A stretch of 58,288 nucleotides of DNA, taken from contig NC_057737.1 of NCBI RefSeq assembly GCF_004010195.1, positions 24,403,707 to 24,461,994 on the forward strand, read 5' to 3'. Positions 36,801 to 48,800 of this stretch are shown here, piece by piece; within the stretch, counting starts at the first letter, position 1, and each line of letters begins with the position of its first letter. The notes under the pieces were generated by a model. The model saw nothing but the letters and a program-made list of their open reading frames with translations. It ran no database searches and was not told the DNA's origin. Made by a program: the position numbers and the translations under genes. Source of the DNA: Chiloscyllium plagiosum (lineage: Eukaryota).

Positions 36801-39800
36801 GTCATGCTTCTTTGATATTGTTGAAGCTGCATCCATCAAACAAATAGTATTTCATCATACTCCTGACTTGTGCCTTGTGAATTGTGGACAGACTCTAGGG
36901 AGTCAGGTGTGTTACTCACTCAGGATTCATAGCCTCTGACCTGCTTACATGGCTAATCCAGTTCAGCTTCTGGTCAATGGTAACCCGTTGGGATGTTGAT
37001 AGTGGGGGAATTCAGTGATCATAATGCTATTGACTGCCAAGGGACAATGATTAAAATCTCTCTTTTTCAGATTGTGATTGTCTAGCACTTGTGTGGTGTG
37101 AATGTTATTTGTCCCCTTCTCCGCCTAAGCCTGGATATTGTTTAAGTCTTGCAGTATTTGGGCATGGACTGATTCGGTATTTGAGGAGTCACTAATTGTG
37201 CTGATTATTATGAAATCATCATAATATTTTGACCTTTGTAATAGAAAGAAGGTCACAAGTGATTGGCTGAGCATAGTTAGGCCCAGATCATAACACTGAG
37301 CTGAAATTAGGTCAGGAGCTGAGTGGCCTTGGTGGATCTCAACCTGAGCATCGGTGAGCAGGTTATTGCTTCCTGTACAGACAGCAAAAGTATCAGAAGA
37401 GTTTTTAACGTGTCAGTACCAAGAGCATTCAGAGGAGAAAAATGTTTGCATTGTTTTTCAATAAAGGTAATATAAGTTGTACTGAACGGCATAGAAATGT
37501 GGCAAAACTTTGTACTATCCACCCTTCAATAGCATTTACATTTACTTCATAGATCCCTTACTCCCACATTACAGGTTAAGCCCCTCTGCATTGAGTGTCA
37601 GTGGTTGTACTGGGTTTCCCTCATGTGTGGATCCCACCTCTTTCCCCATACCAGAAATTGAATCTGATAGAAGTGGGAGCAAGCCGCCACATCCAGTTCC
37701 TGTCTGCCATTTTTGAAGGTTGGCAGAGTCGACCTGACCATACAAAAATCCTATCGTTTATTGTACTTTCATGTACGTTGTCAAGAGGCAGTAAGAAGTT
37801 GCTAAATGCTGCTCATGCTCTTTTTTTTATTTCCCATCTAGATGCAATTACTGCTCATACTAAATTACTCTGTGTTTTGCATGTTAAAAATTCATTTCTT
37901 ATGTTCTGCACCATAGTGAATTGCAGATCCTTGTTGTCCAAAGGGAAGTTCTGTAAGTGGCTACTCATGTCAAAAGAGAAAAGCATAAGGAGAGAGAGCA
38001 GCTCTACCTTGTGCTTAAGAATCTCATTGTGGCTGGTTTCAAAATAATAGTAATAGTGGCTTAAAAGCATTTTCTGCTGTGGGATCAAACCGCTAAGTAA
38101 AAAGAGGCTGATGATTTTAAAAGAAAATGATGTAATTTTTATTATACTTTTTACAGTAATATATTGCAGTTGAAAATATAGCTGTCTTTTAGAGATATAG
38201 AAAAAATTTCAATCCACATTGTTGTATTTTTGTTTCTGCCGTAAGGTCCAGCTTCGTTAATCTGTGCAGAAACTCTTCGCCAGGAAGGTTACACAGGACG
38301 TATCATAATAGCAACCAAAGAAATGCACTTGCCTTATGATCGTCCGAAACTCAGTAAGGTTAGTAAGATAATAAATCGTTTGTGGACCATCAATGAACAA
38401 TAAGTCAGAACGCACAATAACATCATGTTTTTGTTACTAACTTTGTGTTTTTAATAAACTTAGATTTGTAACATTGGTTAAAAGTGGGCAGCAAGATGGC
38501 ACAGTGGTTAGCACTGGTGCATCACAGCACCAGAGACCCGGGTTCAATTCCCGCCTCAGGCGACCGACTGACTGACTGTGCAAACTCCACACACATTCTC
38601 CCCATGTCTGCGTGGGTTTCCTCTGTGTACTCCGGTTTCCTCCCACAGTCCAAAAATGTGCAGGTTAGGTGAATTGGCCATGCTAAATTGCCCGTAGTGT
38701 TAGGGGCAGGGATCAATGTGGGGGAATGGGTCTGGGTGGGTTGCGCTTCGGCGGGTCGTTGTGAACTTGTTGGGCCGAAGGGCCTGTTTTCACACTGTAA
38801 GTAATCTAATCTGATCTATACAACTGGAATTGTGTTTGAAAAATGAAAGAGGTAATATTTTGTTGTGGAACGATGGTTAGAAATAAAATATTTACTTTTC
38901 TTAATGAAATTGGGGACAAACAGAACTTGTGTGCTTTTGGGGTGCTATGACTGTCCTGTGAGTTTTGAAATGCATGTTTGAAAACATGCCCTTGTCGGCT
39001 AAATCCCATCAGATGCTATTTTGATACTGATACTAGCATACACACAGTGATAGTCCGTTGGAAGTATGCAGAGAAAGCAGATTATGGCATCACTCGCCGT
39101 GCAGTGCTGATTTGTAGAAGATGTCAGTGTTGAGTTGGTCATCATTGATGGAGATGTCCCGGAAGGGGAGGGAGGTGTCTGAGATGGTCCAGGTGAATTT
39201 AAGGTCGGGTGAAATGTATCGGTGAAGTTGATGAACTGTTCAACCTCCCCATGGGAGCACGAGGTGGCACCGATGCAGTCATCAATGTAGCGGAGGAAAA
39301 GGTAGGGAATGGTGCCAGTGTAACTATGGAGGATAGATAGTTCCATGTAGCCAATAAAGAGACCAGCATAGCTGGGGCCCATGTGGGTGCCCATGGCTAC
39401 CTCTTTCATCTAGAGGAAGTAGGAGGATTCAAAGGAGAAATTATTGAGGATGAGAACTAGTTAAGCCAAACGAATTAGAGTGTCAGTAGAAGGGTACTGG
39501 TGGGAACATTGGGAGAGGAAGAAACGGAGGGTTGGGAGACCATGGTCTTGGTGAATGGAGGTGTATAGGGACTGAATGTCCACGGTGAAGATGAGGTATT
39601 GGGGGCCAGGAAAACACAAGTCTTGGAGGAGGTGGAGGGCGTGGGTGGTGTCCGGAATGTGTGGGGGGAGTTCCTGGACTGGGGGAATAGGACAGTATCG
39701 AGGTATGTGGAGATGAATTTGGTGGGCAGGAGCAGGCTGAGACAATGGGTCGGCTGGTGTAGTCAGGCTTGTGGATCGTGTGTGGTAGATAGAACTGGGC

Positions 39801-42800
39801 GGTGCGGGGTTCCTGAACTGAGGTTGGAAGCTGTGGTTGGGAGATCCCCTGAGGTGGTGAGGTTGTGTACAGTCTGGGAGATGATGGTTTGGTGATGGGG
39901 TATGAGGTCATGGTCAACGGGGCACCTGACTTCAGCGGTGTAGAGGTCAGTGTGCCAAACTACCAGTGCACCTTCTTTATCCGCTGGTTTGATGGTGAGG
40001 TTAGGGATGGAGCAGAGGGAGTGGAGGGCTGCGTGTTGTGAGGGTGAGAGGTTGGAATGGGTGAGGGGGGATGGACAGGTTGACGCGGTCAATGTCCCAG
40101 CGGCAGTTGGAACTAAAGAGGTCGAGGGTGGGTAACAGACTGGCACGGGGTGCCCAGATGGATGGGGTGTGTTGGAGACAGGTGAAGGGGTCCTCAGAAG
40201 CTGGCGGGAGTCTTGATGGAAAAAGTAAGCTCGGAGGCAGAGGCAGCTAAAGAAGTGTTCGATGTCACGACGCATATTGAACTTGTTGTTCCGGGAGCAG
40301 AGGGAGATGAAGATAAGGCCTTCGCTGAGGACTGATCAGTCGTCCTCACTGAGGGGGAGGTCTGGAGGGATGGTGAAAAGGCTTCCTGATGAAGGGTTTT
40401 TGCCCGAAACATCGATTCTCCTGCTCCTCAGATGCTGCCTGACCTGCTGTGCTTTTCCAGCACCACACTCTCGACTTTAATCTCCAGCATCTGCAGTCCT
40501 CACTTTTGCCCTGTGCAATGCTGATTGTCAACAGCAGCAGTATCATTCTGGAGCTCCATGCTGAGCAATGTTCTATTTTAACTTTAACTATGCTCAACTG
40601 AACACCAACACTGCAATCCTCCCAGTGTGACCCAATCTCCTATAAGAACTATGTATAAGGGTCATCATTCCAGATTAATTGTAGATTGATTTTCTCCTCA
40701 CTGTTGCCACAATTCTACAAGTGTTTAATGCTCTCATTTGTTTCAAAAGTCTACAGGGAGTAATGGGCAGTTGCTGAAGGACCTTTTACCCCCAGACTTG
40801 GCTGTATTAGCAGTAGAGGTAAAAACAATGACTGCAGATGCTGGAAACCAGATTCTGGATCAGTGGTGCTGGAAGAGCACAGCAATTCAGGCAGCATCCG
40901 AGGACAGGCAAAATCGACGTTTCGGGCAAAAGCCCTTCATCAGGAATAAAGGCAGAGAGACTGAAGCGTGGAGAGATAAGCTAGAGGAGGGTGGGGGTGG
41001 GGATAGAGTAGCATAGAGTACAATAGGTCAGTGGGGAAGGAGATGAAGGTGATAGGTCAGGGAGGAGAGGGTGGAGTGGATAGGTGGAAAAGGAGCTAGG
41101 CAGGTCGGACAAGTCCGGACACGTCAGGGGATCGTGTTGCTGGAGGTTAGAAACTAGGATGAGGTGGGGGAAGGGGAAATGAGGAAACTGTTGAAATCCA
41201 CATTGATGCCCTGGGGTTGAAGTGTTCCGAGGCGGAAGATGAGGCGTTCTTCTTCCATGTGTCTGGTGGTGAGGGAGCGGCGATGGAGGAGTAGTCCCCT
41301 TCCAATATTGCGTGACTTCGAGAATCACAAAATGCCATGCAAAACTGGGTAAGTTAGTGGAAGAGACTGAGGATGGGGAAGAGGCAAGCTGTCCCCGAGA
41401 GGGGAAAGAAATGCAAAAATTCCTAAAATAAGAAATGCATGTCCTGCTCATACTGGGCTTCCATTTTCAGGTATAGCAGATGAGTTGGTCTAATTTGCAT
41501 CATTTCTAGGTTTTACTGTTTTAATGTCGTCTTCTGATGCAGGAGGCCATAGCCATTGGGGTGTTCAGGAAATGATTTTCTTGCCTGAACCTCCATTAGA
41601 AACATAATACCAGATATTTGCCTTTCCGTAAGACTGTCCTCCCTACCTGCTATAGCCACAATGAAACCGCATCAAGGCAAGGACTGTTGATCTAGTAACT
41701 ATGAAGATAACTGTGGTTATGCATCTGGCACCTTCCAGGTTGAATCTGCCAATTTATGCGACATCTTCCAGTTTTCTTTCCACTATTGTGTAATGGAAGT
41801 CTCTATTCAAAGAGAGCTAACTACATTTCATTTTACGTTACCAGAACAGGCTTTAGAAGTAATATGCACTGTCGGCTGCTAATTAATAGCAAGGACACGG
41901 GCAGAGTGGCCAAGTGAAGGAAGAATGCTGCCTTCTTGAGAGAACAGGCCTTTGCACAGTGGAGACATTACCAACTCCATTCTATCCATTCCCCCCAGCC
42001 TCACCTTTCATCCCAGCCCCATCTCCCTAAATCACTACTGTGAATATCTCAACAATTGAATAATGTGTTGGAGGCCATGTTGCTTTATTGCTAAGGCATC
42101 CCATGAGCTCCACTTGTGCACTGTAATCTACAACTGTGTTGGTGGTATTCTGAGCTGCACCAGCAAAGCTGAGCTCACGTGGAAGCGCCTACTGCAGAAA
42201 GTCCATGTTGGGTGGCTGTCGCTAGTGCTATAATGAAGGTTGCAAAATTGACAGCTACTCAGCATGATTGGATTCACAAGTGGGTAAACAAAGTTCCATG
42301 ATCAAAAAGGTAAACTCTAAGTTTGTCACAACTTGTGTGCCTCTTAACATTGATCTGAGACATTGATGGCCAGCTTTGCAATGCTTCAGACATTTATTTG
42401 TACGTACATCTCTGCATATTGCTCCTTTGAGATACAGTGATGATTTAAACAGTGTGTTACAATTGTAGCCAAAATTGACCATAAACATTCAGTTTTCATC
42501 TTTTGACTTTAACTGAGACTTTCATGAATTAAAAATGATTTTAAAAAAGGACACTTCTGAGGTAGTAGGCTTCTTTGACCACCTGACAAGCTCAGGTAAC
42601 CCAATGAATATAAAAAAGCTGGCTGCCTTGGAATTACCATTTTAATCACAGGCACTGAAATTCAGTGAGAAGTCAATAAATTTGTATCTCTTGTTTAACA
42701 AAGAATTGCACGATAATTGTACATATTGAGAGATGAAAGGCAACATACAAGTGTTCTGCTTAAAATGAAACATGACATATTAACGGCATCACTTGAGCAA

Positions 42801-45800
42801 AGAAAAAGCATATTTATTACCTGCAATGGCTGTGTTTTTGTGTGTGTGGTGTCTTTTTATGGGGGGCTAGTGGTTGGGGTGGTAGGTAATCATTTTCAAT
42901 AAAGAAAATCTTGGAATTGGCTGTCCTTCATTTTTGGAGAAACTGAGGACTGCAGATACTGGAGATCAGAGTCGAGAGTGTGGTGCTGGAAAAACACAGC
43001 TGTCTAGGCACCATCCGAGGAGCAGGAGAATCGATGTTTTGGGCATAAGCCCTGATGAAGGACTTATGCCCAAAACGTCGATTCTCCTGTTCTTCGGATG
43101 CTGTCTGACCTGCTGTGCTTTTCCAGCACCACACACTCGACTCTATCCTTCATATTTGATCCAGTTATACTGAGATTAATGTGACAACTAAGTTCTAAAA
43201 TTAGTTTAAAGAAGTAAAACAGTTATTACAACTGCCTGAGAGAAATTTAATATAAAGGGAGAGCTGTGACCCCTCTTCAGCTGTTTGTAGCAGGTTGTGC
43301 TAAGGCTGTATTTGTTGTTGATGGTATGTTGCATTTGAAGATTCATTCATTGGTGTTAATAACCTGTGAGAGGCTATTGAATTTCTTACACCAATACAAT
43401 AAGGCCATGCGGTCAAAGTGAGGGGGATAGGCCGGAGTGGGGTGGGGGCGGAGAGGTCATGAAGAAGATTGCAGGTTAGGAAGGCGGTGCTGAGTTCGAG
43501 GGATTTGACTGAGACAACAAAGTCTATGATTTGCTGTTGACCCATATAGGTGGCAATGTTTAGATTATATTCATTACAAGGGAAGTTTGCTTATAATACA
43601 GCACTTGAGCAGTGGTTTTGAAGGTATGGTTAAGAGTTTGAAATGACATGTATACAAGGTTTGGTGCAAGGTTAGGTCTTGTGACTCCGAGTATCAGTTG
43701 TTTCTCTTCTGTTGAAGCTGTTATCGGTGTGGCTGTGGCAACACAAATGGACAGCTTTAATACTGAAGACATTTGGCAACCTTACAGTTTATTGATTCTG
43801 GTTGGAGTCACCCTATCTCCACCCCACCCAATCCTGAACAAAGGTGCAGACTTCCTTTTTCTCCTTATCAGATTCCATTGAAGGTGCTATCTTAGTTCCT
43901 ATGGGAACATAACTAGCTTTGTTTGCTATTATGTTCTTATTTCTGTTGCTGTTTCAATTTACTTAGCCACATTACTTTTTCCTTCCACTTGTGGGTTTGC
44001 CTCACCAGCTGCTGGCATACACAGTAGATCAACATAGCACATTGCCATTCTACATAGATTGAGGACTGCTTAGTATCAAGGTAGGATGCCCGTTTTTGTG
44101 CCTGTCATGCACAAACAGACATAACAAGGCAAGACAGGAATGCTGTGATCATGCATGTAGGCACAAAGTCAGTTGGCACCAGGAGAAGCAAGCAAGTAGC
44201 TCGGAGACGTGGCCTAGTCCAGTTTGAGTTTGGTTCTATGCACAAACTGTTCCCGCTGTAGCCTTTCAATGTTTGTTGCTGGTATGCTCTATGTTTTGAG
44301 AGAGTATTACTAGTGCAGGGGACAAAAGCTCAGATGGGCACGAGGGGTTGTCAGTTGTCAGATGTCAATGTCAGTGGGTGCATGGGGCTGGTGCCCATGG
44401 ATCAAGCTCTGGGCTGCAGTTTGGTCACAGGCAGCAGGGATCACTCAGCCAGCTGAATTTGCTGAATACCCATGCTGGTTTCCTTGTCAGGTGTTCCCTA
44501 CATCGAGCTTATTTGGTAAAATGGAAGGTTGAATATTACGAGGCAAGTTGTGCACTTACATTTAACAAGCTTAATCCCTGTCAATTGGCATCTTGTCACT
44601 ACCTATTGAGAAATTGCACCAAAAATATAAAAGTTAACCGTCAGTGGATTGCACTGCTGCCTCACAGTCCTCAGGACCCTGGTTCGATTCTACCCTCGGG
44701 CAATTGTCTGTATGGAGTTTCCACATTCTCCTGGTGTGTGTGTGTGTGTTTTTCCTCCGGGCGCTATAGTTTCCTTCCACAATCCAAAGATATGCAGGTT
44801 AGGTGGATTAGCCATGGGAAATACACGGTTACAGGGACAGGGTGGAATACTCTTCGGAAGGTCAGCGTAAACTCGATGGGCTGAATGGCCTGCTTCCACA
44901 CTGTATGGATAACACGAGTTGCTCCTGACATCAAGGTGGGCCTCACTGCAATAATCACCATGCTCTGCCAAACAATCTGCCGTTGCCCATGTCGCCGAAA
45001 CACCCATCGGATTCCACCCATTATTTTGAGTTCCATGGAGTCCTCCTTTATTTTCTGATTGCTTATTAGAGTAAATGCATAATCAGTAATTTTGCCTGTT
45101 TATATACTTCTACTCTGTACTTGTGGAGATCTCTCTCTCACACACACACTTTCTCTCTGTTTACACGTTTTGTTGTACCTTTGCATCAATCTAACGAACA
45201 GTACGTTTTATGTTTTGTCTGATCTTTGCATTAATCTCACAAACCGTATGCTTTGCAATTGAAGTAACAGTAGGAAAAAGTGGGTACATTGGGGGAAGCT
45301 AGACAACTGATTATATATTATATATTAGATTACATTGTGGAAACAGGCCCTTCGGCCCAACAAGTCCACACCGACACACTGAAGCGCAGCGGGAACAGTT
45401 TGTGCATAGAACCAAACTCAAACTGGACTAGGCCACGTCTCCGAGCTACTTGCTTGCTTCTCCTGGTGCCAACTGACTTTGTGCCTACATGCATAATCAC
45501 AGCATTCCTGTCTTGCCTTGTTATGTCTGTTTGTGCATGACAGGCACAAAAATGGGCATCCTACCTTGATACTAAGCAGTCCTCAGTCTATGTAGAATGG
45601 CAATGTGCTATGTTGATCTACTGTGTATGCCAGCAGCTGGTGAGGCAAACCCACAAGTAGACAGCTATATATCCAACTCTTAGAGTCAGGGGGTTCAAGC
45701 ACAGTCGATTAAGGGCAACCTCCCAAACCAGTCAAGGGCATCTTTTATAGGCTATGCCTGTGCTATCTAGCCAATCTAGAGAGTGGGCCACCATTAGTCT

Positions 45801-48800
45801 ATTGTCTTTGTAGCAGCCATTCCAGGGTTCGGGCTAATTCAGTCAGGGACATGTTAGCAGCACCACTCAGAGGCATCATGCCTGGGACTGTCCTGTCATG
45901 TCAGTCATTGAGGTGGGCCTGATCAGTCCACTGGGTCCATCTACAGAAAATAAGGGGGAATGGAAAGAGATCGGGGAGTACGTGGGTTTGGCCATTGCTG
46001 TGGGAGGTTACTGTATAAGCAGGTGAATACATTGTTTAGCAGGTTCCTGTTTGTCACTGGATCTTTCAGGTTCTGGGGGAAAGCCCACTAAAATTGTGAA
46101 AGGAAGCAGCAGGATTTGCAAAGAGAAGGACTAGGCAGGGTGTAACATGAGGCAGAGTTGTCCGTGTCAGGAGTACCCTGGCTTCAAGGGTGCAGCAGTG
46201 TATGACCACACCTGGCATGGTCACCTTCTATGCCAGGGACTGGGTGGAAATGGTAGGCAAGTTCAGCCGGATATAAATGGACTGAATGGAGTCTTGGGGA
46301 AGTGAGAAGCATGAAGCTTTAGGGTGGGTTGTGAAGAAGGGTATGTGGATATTTGGGGGCTCTCCAGTACATTCAGTCTGAGGATAGTAGTCATTGGAAG
46401 AGGAGTGCTCACTCTCATCTCCATCATGCTGGAGATCAAAAGTGCACAAGGGTGAAACATTGTTTTTGACCACACTTAGAGTGGGCAGAGTAATTGACTC
46501 AGTGTGTGCCTTTACAGGGAAAGGCATTGGTCACAAACTCATGCACTGTTCAGCACACACATCCACGCTACTCTCTGAGCATCCTACAGCACTGACCCTC
46601 TCTGTATGTTGTCCCTCCCTGGCACAGCCACTGATGGGTGAATTCATTGATAGCTACAATATTGTGCACAGAGGGAGCGAAATATTTGGAAGGATGAATG
46701 AAGTAGGACAAAGGTGCCAGCATGACCCAATGCCATTTGTATTATACTGACCTATTGATTTATTGTTGTCACATGCACCGAGATACAGTGAAAAGCATTG
46801 TTTTGTGTGTTATTCAGATTGCATCATAGAGTGTGCAGAATACAGTGTTACAGCCACAGAGAAGGTGCAGAGAGAGAGAGATCACCATTAACGTTTGAGA
46901 GGTCCATTCATAGCAGCGGGGAAGAACCTGTTCTTGAACCTATTTGTGCATGTATTCAAGCTTTGATATCTTCTGTCCGAAGGCAAAGAGTGCAAGAGAG
47001 TATAACTGAGATGGGAGGGGTCTTCGGTAATGTTGGTTACTTTCCCAAGACAGCAAGAAGTATAGATGGAGTCAGTGGATGGAAGGCTGGTTTGTGTGAT
47101 GTACTGGGTTGTGTTCACAACTCTCTGTAGTTTCTTGTGGTCTTGGGAAAAAACAGTTGCCAACCCACTTTGCGATGCATCCAGCTAGGATGCTTTCTAT
47201 GGTGCATCTATAGAAATTGATAAGGTCCTTGTGGCCATGCTGAACTTCCTTAGCCTTCTCTAGAAACAGAGACATTGTTGTGCTTTATTGACCATCACGT
47301 TGACATGGGTGGTCTGGACAGATTGTGGTGATCATCACTCTCAGGAACTTGACCCTCTCAACCATCTCCACCTCAGCACTATTGATGCAGACAGGGGCGT
47401 GTCCTCCATTACATTTCCTGAAGTCAATGACCAGCTCCTTTTGTATTGCTGACAGTGATGGAGAGATACACCATGCCATAAGCATTCAATCTCTTTCCTG
47501 TATTCTGCCTCATTGTTTGATGTCCAAATACAAAGTTGGTGTCATCACAAACTGGGAAATGGAGTTGGGGTGGAATTTGACCACAGTCACGAGTGTGTAA
47601 GGAGTATAGTAGGGGGCTGAGTACACAGCCTTGCGGGGCACTGGTGTTGATGATTATGGTAGAAGAGTGTTGTCACCTATTCTTGCGTTTGCAGTCTATA
47701 GGTCAGGAAGTCAAGGATCCAGTTACAGAGGGGGGGAGCTGAGACCTAAGTCTCGGAGTTTAGAAATGAGTTAGTTTGGAATTTATGAAGGCAGAGCTAT
47801 AGTCGATAAACAGGAGTTTGATATAGGTATCCTTGTTATCTGGATGTTTCAGGAATGAGTGTAGGGTCAGGGAGATGGCGCCTGCTGTGGGACCTGTTGT
47901 CAGTAGGTGAATTGCAATAGATCAAGGCAAATTGGTAGGCTTGGAGTTAAAGTGAGCCATGACTAATCTCTCAAAGTACTTCATAATTATGGAGGTCAAA
48001 GCTACCTGGCAGTAATCACTGAGGCATGCTGCATGGTTTTTCTTTGGTATTGGGATGATGGTGGTCTTCTTGAAGCAGGTGGGGACTGCAGACTGTAGTA
48101 AGGAAAGGTTAGAGATATTTTATAAAGATAGCAAATACAGTCGGTTCTGATATAACTTGATTAGTTCTGTTTTCGTGCAATCTCGTGTTATAAGAAAATC
48201 ATGCAATAGCCACGCCATTTAAACTAATGGGGCCAGAATCATATTATAACCAATATAGCTAAGGAAAGTTCACGTTCTACAAATAATGGTCTAAATTCTT
48301 CAATCGCATTAAAGCCACTTCGTGTTCAAGAAACACGTGCTACAGCAGACCAACTGTACTCCTGCCAGATGGTTCAGACAGGATCTGAGTGCATGGCCGG
48401 GGACTGCATCCAGGCCAGTCGCTCTCTGTGAGTTTGCTCTCAAGGAGGCCATTCTAATGTCTGTGGCGGTGACCGTGAGCACAGGTGCATCTGAGCAGTT
48501 GGGACAGGTGACATCGTTTCACTTACCTTTTGTTCAAAGTGACCACAGAATGCATTAAGCTTGTTTGGTATGGATGTATTGGTGCCTGTGATTTTGTGCT
48601 TTGTAGCCCATTATGTAGTGTAAACCTTTCTACAAATGACTGCGGTCCATGTGGTTAGTCTGGGTCTCAATGCTTATTTTGGTATCGCCTCTTGGCGTCT
48701 CTGGTGACCTTGCAAAGGTCATTGTTCCTTCTGCTTCCTGACCCAGACCTCCATCCATTGAGACTTGTCCGTGGCCATGAAATGCTATGGGATCAGCTGA

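Noticed and set aside
44348-45036. 178-aa and overlapping ORFs in intron 7
   Set aside because: They run through an HE1 SINE; no domain or splice support.
43987-45658. DNA transposon with 272-bp TIRs
   Set aside because: No TSD outside the arms, the interior is ordinary intron with an old SINE, and one arm is fused to a retro-tail. A local duplication fits better, though a genome BLAST is needed to exclude this fully.
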